Shown here in pieces: positions 36,468 to 45,881 of a stretch of 64,000 nt of DNA (position 1 is the first letter of the stretch; each line of letters starts with the position of its first letter). The notes beneath the pieces are model-generated. The model ran no database searches. It had not been told where the DNA came from and saw only the letters and a program-made list of their open reading frames with translations. The stretch is from a candidate division FCPU426 bacterium (GTDB lineage Bacteria > Oederibacteriota > Muellerivitia > Muellerivitales > Muellerivitaceae), in assembly GCA_963796105.1 (NCBI GenBank), contig CAWCKJ010000012.1, positions 1 to 64,000 on the forward strand, given 5' to 3'. The translations under genes and the position numbers were made by a program.

Positions 36468-38893
36468 TTCTTTTCCCCCGGAAAAGCATACAAGGATTGT
36501 GATCTTTGGGCGGCGAATCGAGCTGTTTTAAGGTCATGGTCTTGGACGGCTAGATCAGCCCAGACTCGATAGCCTTCCCTCGTCAAAATACCCCGGGAAT
36601 CGCCGGTTCGGAAATCCTTATCCGCTTCCGTGGGATTATGAAGGGATATTTCAATCTTCGCTTTTTTCTCCCACCAATAGGACTCGTTTGGAAAAACCGA
36701 AAGGATCTCTCCGGCTTCTTTCTCGGCCAAGTTTAGATTCATCGTCTTCTCTTTCATCAACAGATCATAAGCCGGCCGGTAAAAAAAAGAAAAAGGGTTT
36801 ACTAAATAAGAACCGTTGGGTGCCGACAATGTGTTCTTGACCCGGTAAACCGCCATGAAGTCCTTGTAATACAAGGGTTCCAAACCCGTCCGGACGAACT
36901 CGGTCAGGATTTTCCAACCGCGGGGTTCCAGGAGGTATTGCCCGTAGGACTCGGCGATTCTCATCCCCTCCGGAACATTAACGGCGATATGGGTGATTCC
37001 CGACCTCTGAAGTTTTTTAAGGATATCCCCTGGGTTTTTGCCTGACCTCGCCGCTTCCTGGAAGAAAGGCTCGTCGAAAGCGGAATTGGCGAGAAATTCC
37101 CGGGGATAATAGACTCCTCTTGAGTCCCCTGCCACCAAAAGCCGAGCGTCCCGCGGAAGATTAACACCGATCCAATCGGCCATGGGCTCATAGGAATTCA
37201 ATAGCTTCCGGCTTAAGTAATCTTTTACCGTTTCCCGCCCAGTCCAGATTCCCGTAGGATCATAATAATCCGCGCTTACGCGGAGAAAAACCGGCAGGCT
37301 CAATAAGGCCGATAGAAAAACCCCCGACAACCAAAGGGGCCTCCAGAATTTTTTCCCCGGATCCTCCTGAGACACCGACAAGAGAATAAACGCCGCCAAG
37401 AAGGCCGGCATGATGAAGCGAAGCATGTGGGATAGGCAGAGCCCCAGGAGAAAATATATGAGGGTGGCCCGCGCGAGGCGCCGTAGGATCGGTTGATCGA
37501 ATTTCACGAATAGAAGGAGGGGCCCAAAGGCCAGAAGGACGGGTCCGATGAACTGGCCGTCCCCAGCCTGGGGCATGGTCAACCGCCAAGGAAGGCTGAT
37601 GTAGGACCAAAGGCCCTGATTCATCGGCAGGTATTGGGTGTTTTCCAATAATAGCCGCTGGTATCCGGCCTCGGAAAACATCCTGCCGCCGAGGAGATGT
37701 ATGGCATAGGGAAAAAAAGGATTGCCCGTGTAAGCGAAATTTTTCAATAACCAAGGGCCCACGAGAAAACAAATGGAAAATACCCAGCTGGTCCAAAAAC
37801 TTCTGCTCAACCAGATTTTGGGTTTAACTCCCCAGAGGCAGGCTATAAAACCCGCCGCGACCGCCGTGACCGCCGAGGGCTTGATGGATATGGCTAAACC
37901 CGCCATCAGCGCGGTCACTAGGATCAGGGGGGAGAAAATCCTCTCATCGGTTTTTTCATGGGTTTTAAACAGGCAATAAAAAAACAACAGGACGGTGAGC
38001 GCGATCAGCCCATCCACTCGGGCCGCCCAGCCGTTTAAATAGAGAAGGGGAAAGGTGACGCAAACCGCGAATAGGCCCAGGGAATTCCCGCGGGGAGACG
38101 CTTCATGAACCCAGGCGCAAGCGCATAAGGCGCAGAGAATCAGGATAAAAACATTTAATAGTTTCGCTCCCTCGGTATCGGAGAATACCAGGCCGTTCAT
38201 GAAAAAAAGCGACCCGCCATGAAAATAACCCGAGAGAATGTGGCAGGGGTAATCCGAGATCCCATGATGGAACAGCCAGTAGCAGGGCATGCCCAGGAAA
38301 TAATTCAAGGAGTCATAGAAGGTTTCCGGCAGGAAGCTTTGGACAAAAGCAAAAATCAGGTAAATACACGCCATGAGCGCCAAAACAAAATCGATGACCT
38401 CCAGCCGGTGAAAATGAACCGCGCGCCAAGCATCCCCACGGGATTTGCCGATAAGCGTCCTGGTCAGAAAGAATGAGGAGATCAGGGCGCCAGCCCACCA
38501 TAGTTCCGGAAACCATAACCCGGTTAAACCTAATCCAAGCCAAATTCCGTTGAAGAATAAAATACCCAAGCCGAAATCCAGGCAAAAACCCATAAGTTTG
38601 TTTTCAACGTCTAAATTCAGCCAATCCCCAAGCCTTTTTCCGGTATCCCATAAAATCCCCATGATCCAGAGGCCTATCAGAAAATCGGAGAATAGGTGGA
38701 ATCCCGAAAGAATTTTCTTGGAAAAAAGGACATCCGCGAACCGATCCGTTTGAAAGAGAAAGTGGAGATCCGGAAAGGGATTCCGAATGGGCGTGAAAAA
38801 TCTTAAAAACACGAAAACAATCCATGAAACAATAATGGCCTTCAAAATTCCCGTTTTTGTCCAGCTGATGTGGGTTTGTGAGAGTGGGCGCAT
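36464..38893 (-). CDS. GT-C-fold membrane glycosyltransferase-like protein (paralog B)
   Basis: YDSLNYFLGMP, GLAISIKP, PWLLKNFAYTGNPFFP; co-linear with paralog A; 4-nt overlap. Confidence 0.75.
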   Translation of the reverse strand: MRPLSQTHISWTKTGILKAIIVSWIVFVFLRFFTPIRNPFPDLHFLFQTDRFADVLFSKKILSGFHLFSDFLIGLWIMGILWDTGKRLGDWLNLDVENKLMGFCLDFGLGILFFNGIWLGLGLTGLWFPELWWAGALISSFFLTRTLIGKSRGDAWRAVHFHRLEVIDFVLALMACIYLIFAFVQSFLPETFYDSLNYFLGMPCYWLFHHGISDYPCHILSGYFHGGSLFFMNGLVFSDTEGAKLLNVFILILCALCACAWVHEASPRGNSLGLFAVCVTFPLLYLNGWAARVDGLIALTVLLFFYCLFKTHEKTDERIFSPLILVTALMAGLAISIKPSAVTAVAAGFIACLWGVKPKIWLSRSFWTSWVFSICFLVGPWLLKNFAYTGNPFFPYAIHLLGGRMFSEAGYQRLLLENTQYLPMNQGLWSYISLPWRLTMPQAGDGQFIGPVLLAFGPLLLFVKFDQPILRRLARATLIYFLLGLCLSHMLRFIMPAFLAAFILLSVSQEDPGKKFWRPLWLSGVFLSALLSLPVFLRVSADYYDPTGIWTGRETVKDYLSRKLLNSYEPMADWIGVNLPRDARLLVAGDSRGVYYPREFLANSAFDEPFFQEAARSGKNPGDILKKLQRSGITHIAVNVPEGMRIAESYGQYLLEPRGWKILTEFVRTGLEPLYYKDFMAVYRVKNTLSAPNGSYLVNPFSFFYRPAYDLLMKEKTMNLNLAEKEAGEILSVFPNESYWWEKKAKIEISLHNPTEADKDFRTGDSRGILTREGYRVWADLAVQDHDLKTARFAAQRSQSLYAFPGEKK

Positions 38894-39014
38894 GGGGCTT
38901 TCTTAATATTGACAATTACTACTTATTGAGAAACCTCAAGAAATCAAGGTTTGAGTGGATGAGCCTGTGGAAACTCAATGAAAATGATTGTTTCATTGAT
39001 TCATTGATATTATC

Positions 39015-39053
39015 AAAAAAAAAGCACCCGGATCAAAAGAACCGGGTGCTTTT
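39015..39053 (-). terminator. Intrinsic terminator after HU paralog 2
   Basis: GCACCCGG/CCGGGTGC stem with a T9 tract on the minus strand. Confidence 0.85.
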
Positions 39054-39069
39054 ATCAGCAAGACGAATA

Positions 39070-39345
39070 TTACGACAAAACTTGCTCTTTCAAATCCTTC
39101 AGAACACGGAATTTGACAACTTTCTTGGCTGGAACACTGACCATTTCACCAGTCCGGGGATTACGGGCCATTCTTGCCTTCCGGTCCTTCAACTGAAACA
39201 CCCCGAGGCCGTCTAATTTGATCTTATGTTCGCTTTTTAAAGTCTTATAAATCGTGTTCCTCAAAACTTGAAGAACATTATCAACATCTTTCTTTTTTAA
39301 GCCTGTTTCATTAGCTAATGTTCCCAGCAGTTCGCTTTTAGTCAA
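39070..39345 (-). CDS. hup: HU-family DNA-binding protein (paralog 2)
   Basis: Same motifs as paralog 1; AGGAGG RBS, TTG start. Confidence 0.95.
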   Translation of the reverse strand: MTKSELLGTLANETGLKKKDVDNVLQVLRNTIYKTLKSEHKIKLDGLGVFQLKDRKARMARNPRTGEMVSVPAKKVVKFRVLKDLKEQVLS

Positions 39346-39455
39346 CGTCCACCTCCTGGATTTTGAAATCCAGCCTCTTTATATCAAGAAAATCAGGCTT
39401 TTGGCAAGAATTATCTGCGTATTTACTGGGTTTTTGAGGTGTTTTGGGGCCAATA

Positions 39456-40055
39456 TCAAGGGTACAAATACCGGCTTAGGGTCTTCGGACTGACACTCAC
39501 CAATGAGGCAAAATGGCCTTTTTTATACTTTTTCATCCGAAGCAACTGACGAAGAAAAACCCTAGAAAATTCCTTCCTGGCCTGAAAAAGAGTGTTCTTT
39601 TTTGTAATCGCCTTTTCCGCTAAAGAATTCATCATAAACCCAAGGAAAAAATGATGAATCTCCCGCGAATTCAAGGGTTTAAGGAAATTCCCGATTTTTA
39701 GTCCAATATTCAACGAATCGTCGCCAGCCCAAATAATATCTTGAACGCCTGATTTCATCGCCTTTACGACAGAAGGTAAATCTAGGGTTTTAAACAGCGC
39801 CAATCGTTTGACATTGGGTTGAAATTTCTCCATCTCATCCTTGACCAAATCCCAAGCTTTGTCATGAATTTGAAGGTGCCAATCCAATAACAGAAGATCA
39901 AAAATCTCGCTGGTCAATAGTTCCACGGCGGATTGAATCGTTCCTACCGCGGCGGTTTCCCCGAAGTTGGAACAAACATCCTCCAGGATGGCCCGGAAAC
40001 GGGTGTCATCTTCTAGAATAAAAATCCTGATTTTTTTGGATTTTCGCGGAAAAAT
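39456..40055 (-). CDS. Response regulator (REC + Fis-type HTH-like tail, no AAA+ domain)
   Basis: Frame is open upstream of the track start: IRIFILEDD...FDLLLLDW...AMKSGVQD; the best candidate start is ATT 40055 after AAGAGG. Confidence 0.7.
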   Translation of the reverse strand: MFPRKSKKIRIFILEDDTRFRAILEDVCSNFGETAAVGTIQSAVELLTSEIFDLLLLDWHLQIHDKAWDLVKDEMEKFQPNVKRLALFKTLDLPSVVKAMKSGVQDIIWAGDDSLNIGLKIGNFLKPLNSREIHHFFLGFMMNSLAEKAITKKNTLFQARKEFSRVFLRQLLRMKKYKKGHFASLVSVSPKTLSRYLYP

Positions 40056-40145
40056 ATTCGCCTCTTTAAATTTATCGGTTTATAACAATAAAAACCAAAA
40101 ATAACGCGTCATTAGTTCCTGTAAGACCTGTGAAAATGATTTATT

Positions 40146-41558
40146 TTATAAATCCCTGAAACCCACACCGCCTTCCCGCCTTTTTTTAACGATCTTCTTA
40201 TAGTCCTCTTCCATATGAAGTTCCTTTAATTTCCAAATGAGAGTGTTCCGGTGAAGGCCCAAAGTGGCGGCGGCCCGGGTCTGGTTTCCCCTGGTACGCT
40301 CTAAAACTTTACGAATATAGTGGCGCTCAAATTGGCGCCGTACCCTTCTCAATGAAATCTTGGACTCTTCCTTTGTTTTCGCAAAATCAATCTGTTTGAC
40401 CAGGATATCCAAGGGAACATCTTCGATGGCGAGATGTTCCTTGCCGGAATAAAGCGTCATCATTTCAACGCTGTTTTTAAGCTCTCGCAAATTCCCCGGC
40501 CAATTATATTCGACCAAAAACTAAACCGCGTCCTTGTTGATGCCCTTGACGGCTATTTTATTTTTTTGGTTACCCAGCTTTAAATAATGCTCGATCAGCC
40601 CCTGGATGTCCTCACGCCGTTCTTTCAACGGGGGCAAAGGAATGGAACAAGCGGTTAAAAATTCATATAAATCTTTTCTAACCCGCCCGGCCTCAACCTC
40701 CTTCGAGAGATCCAGTTCGCAGGACGCGATCACCCTGAAATCCAGGAATATCGTCATCGGACCTTTTCCCCTGTTGAATTTTTTCTCCAAAAACGCTTTT
40801 ACCAGCTCGCCCTGGATTTCCAGGGGAAGCCTCTCCACTCGATCCAGGTAAAGCGTCCCTTTCTCGGCGAATTCAAGCTTCCCGATCTGCGCGGCGACAT
40901 TTTTCTCCTCGTCCCATTCCTGCCCGAACAACTCGATGTTTAATTGGACTTTTGTAAAAGCGCCCGAATGGATGATCACGAACGGGCCGTTTTTCCGGTG
41001 ACTCTGCCGATGGATTTCCCTGGCCACATCCTCGCTTCCTCCGCCCGATTCCTCCCGGATCAAGACTGGGGTTTCCGCAATGGCGATTTCCTTGATTTTC
41101 CTCATTACTTCCCGGATCGCCTTACTGTTTCCCGAGAGGCTCGCGGGTGTTTGTTTCTGGTTTCCAGACTTCAGGAAGCGGTTTTCTCTCTCAAGGATTC
41201 TCTTGTTTAAGACCCGTTTGATTTTTTCAAGAAGATCATCCATTTTGAAAGGCTTGGTAATGTAATCATAAGCGCCCAATTTCATGGCTTCCAAAGCGGC
41301 GTCAACGCTTTGAGAGGCCGTGGCCAAAATGACTTCCAACGATTCGTCCCGGCGTTTGATTTGTCTCAAAAGATCGATGCCGGAACCGCCGGGAAGACGC
41401 AGATCCAGCAGGCAAAGGTTGAAAGCCGTGGTTTTGATAAGCCGGAACGCTGTTTTAGCGTCCCCGGCAAAAACCAAGTCATGATCCTTTTCCAGGACCA
41501 GCCGGAGGGTTTCCCGAACGCTTTCTTCGCCGTCTACGATTAACAAGGTGGGTCTCAA
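40146..41558 (-). pseudogene. NtrC-family REC-AAA+-Fis regulator, degenerate and interrupted by an in-frame TAG at 40521-40523
   Basis: Two track ORFs in the same frame read KDAV*FLVEYNWPGNLREL; C-terminal GNQTRAAATLGLHRNTL HTH. Confidence 0.85.
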
Positions 41559-41691
41559 AAATTTATGCCCCTCATTTTACAAAAGTTTATTTTCGCGCTT
41601 ATTATAATTTTTCGAGATGGGTTATAAAGATTTATCGGTTCAAGGGAAGGGCTTTTCGCCGCGAAAAAAATTAAGGACCTTGACTTTTTTC

Positions 41692-42639
41692 TCAAATCGA
41701 TTCTTCCAAGGACGTGCAGTAGGGAATAAGTTCCTCCCGAAGCTTCTTATCTTTCCGCATCCTAAAAAACAGAAATAGATACTCCCCCGCCAAACCGCAA
41801 TGCTCCCCGAAGTATATTCTCGCTTTATCAACCATCTTCGCGTACTGAATCGCTGTCAAGTTTTCCGCGCCCCAGGAAGAACGCCGGAAGGAGGGGAAAA
41901 TACTTTTCATGGCCCTGAATACCCACCGGTCCACAGGGAAAGCGGAGGATTGTTCCATGGAAAACAGCAGGATACAGTCGGCGATTTTGGGCCCGATGCC
42001 GTCCAAACCCATTAATATCTTCTTGGCCTCGTCACAAGGAAGATCCCTCAGCTTTTCAAGATCGACAGACCCTTTTAGGACAGCCCGGGATAACCGGATA
42101 ATCCGGCTCGCCCGGGCCCTGTAATTGTTGGTGAACGGCATCAAATCTCCGGGTGAATAGAGGGCCAGATCAGCGGGCTCCGGAAAAGAATGACGGTTTT
42201 CCACCCCCTCAAGCGGTTTACCGAGTTCCCGGCAAAATTTGCGCAAAGCATGCCGGATGACTTTCACGGATAAACCCTGAGCGAACATATAAGAGACCGT
42301 GCACTCCCAAGGCTCTTGACGGAGAAGGCGCAAACCTTTCAAAGCCCTCAGGGGTTGAGCTAGGATGGGTAAGGCGCTCATCCCCTCCAGTTCTTTTTGT
42401 CCATCCGCCTCCAAGCAAAGATAGTGACGGAGCCAATCCTCGGGGTTCATTCCCCTTACTCGGGAAACATTGCATTCCCAAACCACCTGGTTTTTTGATT
42501 GCCTGATCCTCCACCAGGCTTGTCCCGCTACCCCTTCGAACCAGCCTTGGGAATCTGGCCCTGCCCAGCGGAAGCATTGACCGCACATCAGGGTTAACGG
42601 GAGCGAAAAAGGGCCATGCCAGGTTAAGACTCCCTCCAT
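41692..42639 (-). CDS. ogg: 8-oxoguanine DNA glycosylase (Ogg, HhH-GPD family)
   Basis: TLMCGQCFRW, GLRLLRQEPWEC, GIGPKIADCILLF, FPVDRWV. Confidence 0.85.
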   Translation of the reverse strand: MEGVLTWHGPFSLPLTLMCGQCFRWAGPDSQGWFEGVAGQAWWRIRQSKNQVVWECNVSRVRGMNPEDWLRHYLCLEADGQKELEGMSALPILAQPLRALKGLRLLRQEPWECTVSYMFAQGLSVKVIRHALRKFCRELGKPLEGVENRHSFPEPADLALYSPGDLMPFTNNYRARASRIIRLSRAVLKGSVDLEKLRDLPCDEAKKILMGLDGIGPKIADCILLFSMEQSSAFPVDRWVFRAMKSIFPSFRRSSWGAENLTAIQYAKMVDKARIYFGEHCGLAGEYLFLFFRMRKDKKLREELIPYCTSLEESI

Positions 42640-42646
42640 ATGGCTT

Positions 42647-42973
42647 TTATTCCATCTTTCGATAATAAAACCATCCGGCAATGGTTAAGGCCGCCAATAG
42701 AATCAAGGCTTGAGGGCTCCATCGCCCTAAAACTAAATAGACCACTTGATCCACGGCCAGAAAGAAGCTGATTCCCCAAACAGCCTTTTTGCGCATCATC
42801 CACATGCCCCCCAAGCACAAGATCAGGAGTAATGTGGATAGGGATAAATAGGTCGGGTACCAGGACGCCACCGCCGCCGCGGGGGGCGAAATGACCACTA
42901 GAATTCTCAGGAAGCAGCCTATAAATCCAAAGGTGCAAAGAAACATTAAAGGGGTTGGGGTAGGGGGTCTCAA
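42647..42973 (-). CDS. Small hypothetical membrane protein (about 4 TM)
   Basis: Hydrophobic ORF tightly packed with ogg. Confidence 0.65.
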   Translation of the reverse strand: MRPPTPTPLMFLCTFGFIGCFLRILVVISPPAAAVASWYPTYLSLSTLLLILCLGGMWMMRKKAVWGISFFLAVDQVVYLVLGRWSPQALILLAALTIAGWFYYRKME

Positions 42974-43101
42974 TTTAGGATGCCTTTCTCCGTTTTAATT
43001 CGCGGTAGGGAACGGTGATTTTGCCCTAATTTTAAGAAAAAACCAAGATTCGATTTGAGAAATGCATTAAAATGCCGTTATTCAAATTACAGGGGTAAAT
43101 T

Positions 43102-44109
43102 TTGAGAAAAATAATTACGGTTTTAACCATCCTTTCTGGCTTTTGCGGACTTACCGGGTGCTCAAGTTCCCCGACCACGCCGGGAGGAACTAGCGGTGCT
43201 TGGCAGGAAGCGACGGCCAATGCCTTTTCCGCGGGCCGATATGGTTTAGCCGGCACTGTATTTAACAACGCCATGTGGGCCGTCGGCGGGGCGTCAGGAA
43301 GCGGAACCACTCAATTTTACGGGGATGTCTATTCATCCGGAAGCGGATCCTCATGGACTCAAACAAAAGGTGATAATGACAATTATTTCGGTAAGAGGTA
43401 TGGGGCCCAGCTTCTTTCCTTTAACGGAAAACTTTGGCTCATCGGGGGGAATAATAAGGGAACCTTTAAAAATGATGTTTGGAATTCTTCTGACGGATCC
43501 ACATGGACCCAAGTCACCATTACCAGCCTCAACATGTTTTCGGCCCGGGAGGATTTCTCGGCGGTTGTCATGAACGGAGCCATTTATGTCATCGGCGGAT
43601 GGGACGGGGGACCTCAAAATGACGTGTGGAATTCCACCGACGGCGCTAATTGGAACCAGATCCTGCCAAGCGGGCCATCTTCCGCCACACAATTTGGGGC
43701 TCGCTGGGGTTTTCCCTCGGTGGTATACAATAATTCGATTTGGATTTTCGGCGGCGCCAAAAACGGGCCCACTCCCTCCGCCCCATTATTTGATGATGTC
43801 TGGTCCTCCCCAGACGGAATGAACTGGACTTTGGTTTCCTCGACCGGCGATCCGCTCTATTACCATCAAATGGTGGTCTATAACAACCAAATGGTTTTCT
43901 CGGGGGGAGATTGCCTGCCTTGTGAAATCTCGCCTCAATACTGGGTCTACGGAACGAGCGATTGGACCCATTACACTCAGATCACCAATTTACCAACCGC
44001 CCGATTCGGGCACTTGAGCCTATCCTACAATAATGAGATTTGGGTCATCGGGGGATGCAACAACTATAACGGGCTTGTGTACTATAACGACGTTTGGCAT
44101 CTTCCTTAA
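43102..44109 (+). CDS. Kelch-repeat beta-propeller lipoprotein
   Basis: Lipobox LTGC; repeated R......V.NN.(L/I)W.IGG....NDVW.S.DG..W units. Confidence 0.88.
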   Translation: MRKIITVLTILSGFCGLTGCSSSPTTPGGTSGAWQEATANAFSAGRYGLAGTVFNNAMWAVGGASGSGTTQFYGDVYSSGSGSSWTQTKGDNDNYFGKRYGAQLLSFNGKLWLIGGNNKGTFKNDVWNSSDGSTWTQVTITSLNMFSAREDFSAVVMNGAIYVIGGWDGGPQNDVWNSTDGANWNQILPSGPSSATQFGARWGFPSVVYNNSIWIFGGAKNGPTPSAPLFDDVWSSPDGMNWTLVSSTGDPLYYHQMVVYNNQMVFSGGDCLPCEISPQYWVYGTSDWTHYTQITNLPTARFGHLSLSYNNEIWVIGGCNNYNGLVYYNDVWHLP

Positions 44110-44169
44110 AATCAAAACGATTTGAAAACTTTCCCCCTCAAACTAACTTGAGAATTCCTTCGCTCAAAT

Positions 44170-44352
44170 TCAGCCTCTCCGTTTCTTTTTCCGCCTCTCT
44201 TTTTTTCTCCTGGGATCCTTGATGCCCCTTGGCAAATCCTGCTGAGTCCCAGTCCATCTTCTTTCCAGTTTCCGCCGCTCCTCTTTTTTTCGATCCTCAA
44301 TCGGCGAATCCATCAAGTTTAACTTGATTAATAATTTCCGAAGCCAGCCCAT
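44170..44352 (-). CDS. Small Arg/Lys-rich protein with ERR repeats
   Basis: GAAGGAG RBS; EDRKKEERRKLERR...PRRKKERRK. Confidence 0.55.
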   Translation of the reverse strand: MGWLRKLLIKLNLMDSPIEDRKKEERRKLERRWTGTQQDLPRGIKDPRRKKERRKKKRRG

Positions 44353-44649
44353 TTCAACTCCTTCAACGCGAAGTAAACGTTAGATAAAAAGAGCTTTTAT
44401 TTATTAAACGATATTATCTTTTCCACCCCGTCGATTCTTTTGTTTTTTCGGTGACACTTTCAATCCGCTCAAAATGCGACCCTTTAGTTATTTTCAGTCA
44501 AATTCTAATATTTTTCAGTAATATAAACCTTCTCTTCCCCCCTGCTCCCACAAAGCAAGATCGAAAACCTCTTATATTATGTTAAAGTTATACGGCATAA
44601 AATGAACAAGGGTCTTTATACCTTACTTTTCAATGTTTCAGGAGGCGCC

Positions 44650-44985
44650 ATGACGGAATCTCGCTATCTCAAACTGACCGGAAATTATTACTTCGACCCC
44701 ATTCGGAAGGAAATCCTTAAAAAACAGGGAACGGCCTTCACATTAGTCCTCCATGACCGGCGTCGTTTTAACCAGCCGGTGGGCAAGGACCGGCGAAGCC
44801 GGTTTGAGTCCCTTCCCATTCACTTGAAACCCATGTCCCAGGGTCTTTTTTGGGATGAGGAAAACCAGAATGTGTACCGCAATATCAGGGGAAACTTTGT
44901 TCTCTATTCCAGGGACCGACGGAAAGTGCTCAGCGGAAGCCCCACAGGCCAGAACCGCAGGAACCAGGCCAAAAAGGTCAAGTAA
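44650..44985 (+). CDS. Hypothetical protein with an internal duplication, each half ending in DRR...(D/N)RR
   Basis: GGAGG RBS before ATG 44650; YLKLTGNYYFD...HDRRR...KDRR and HLKPMSQGLFWD...RDRRK...NRR. Confidence 0.65.
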   Translation: MTESRYLKLTGNYYFDPIRKEILKKQGTAFTLVLHDRRRFNQPVGKDRRSRFESLPIHLKPMSQGLFWDEENQNVYRNIRGNFVLYSRDRRKVLSGSPTGQNRRNQAKKVK

Positions 44986-45044
44986 TCCTTAAGCAAAATC
45001 GGGGGAGCATTCCTGATCGGGTTGATTGGGTGCTTATAATCACA

Positions 45045-45881
45045 TTACCCATTAAGCATGATAAAAGCCCCGATCCGGCCTGTAGCCTGTCTGGCGGAGG
45101 CTTCAGCGCGGTGGGAATAAAATAGTTCGATATTCTCAATGGTGCATAGATTAGGGCGGATTAAATTTTCCGGCTTCATGCCTAAATCGACGAGATGACG
45201 GGCGTTCACTTCCACGAGATCCAGCATCCATTTGTTTTCTCCGCGTTTACTCAGCACTTCCCCGCTCCAGGGAAATACTTTCTCCAGTTCATTTTTCACG
45301 CTTTCCCCCACCTCATAACAGCAGGGCCCGATGCAGGGCCCAAAAGCCACTCGGACTTCGGCGGGCCGGCTGCCATAGGCCTCTACCATGGCCGTCAAGG
45401 TACAGGCGGCCACAAGGTTTGCCGTGCCCCTCCACCCCGCGTGGGCCAGACCGACCGCCTTATGGACAGGATCGTAGAAAAACACCGGGAGGCAATCCGC
45501 GACGAAAATCGCCAGTGGAATTTCAGGCTCTGAGGTGATCAGGCCGTCCCCATCTCCCAGGGGTTCCCCTGATTTGGGCAAATGGGCAAGGTTGACTTTA
45601 AGAACTTTGTTCCCGTGGACCTGGTTGATGTGGGCCATCCGGTTGAAGTCCATTTCAAGGGAATAGGAAAGAAGAATACGGTTCTCCTCCACATTTACAG
45701 GATCATCCCCAACCTTGTAACTCAGGTTGAGGGAACGAAAAGGTCTGGGACTGACGCCGCCCAGGCGGGTCGATACGGCGTGTTTTACGGCCTTGGGGTC
45801 GGCTAAGCGCGGAAAGGAAAGAGTGACAATTCCTCCCTTTTCGGTTTTAACGGCCTCAGCGCCGAGCTTGACGGTTTTCAA
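45045..45881 (-). CDS. pgeF: Peptidoglycan editing factor PgeF (YfiH / laccase domain)
   Basis: STRLGGVS, QVHG, ADCLPV, HAGWRG, GPCIGPCCYEVG, FYSHR. Confidence 0.93.
   Translation of the reverse strand: MKTVKLGAEAVKTEKGGIVTLSFPRLADPKAVKHAVSTRLGGVSPRPFRSLNLSYKVGDDPVNVEENRILLSYSLEMDFNRMAHINQVHGNKVLKVNLAHLPKSGEPLGDGDGLITSEPEIPLAIFVADCLPVFFYDPVHKAVGLAHAGWRGTANLVAACTLTAMVEAYGSRPAEVRVAFGPCIGPCCYEVGESVKNELEKVFPWSGEVLSKRGENKWMLDLVEVNARHLVDLGMKPENLIRPNLCTIENIELFYSHRAEASARQATGRIGAFIMLNG

Noticed and set aside
40521..40523. Genome-wide TAG reassignment
   Set aside because: TAG ends conserved genes at their expected positions (ftsZ, mraY, HU at 19745, ORF6N), so it is a normal stop here.
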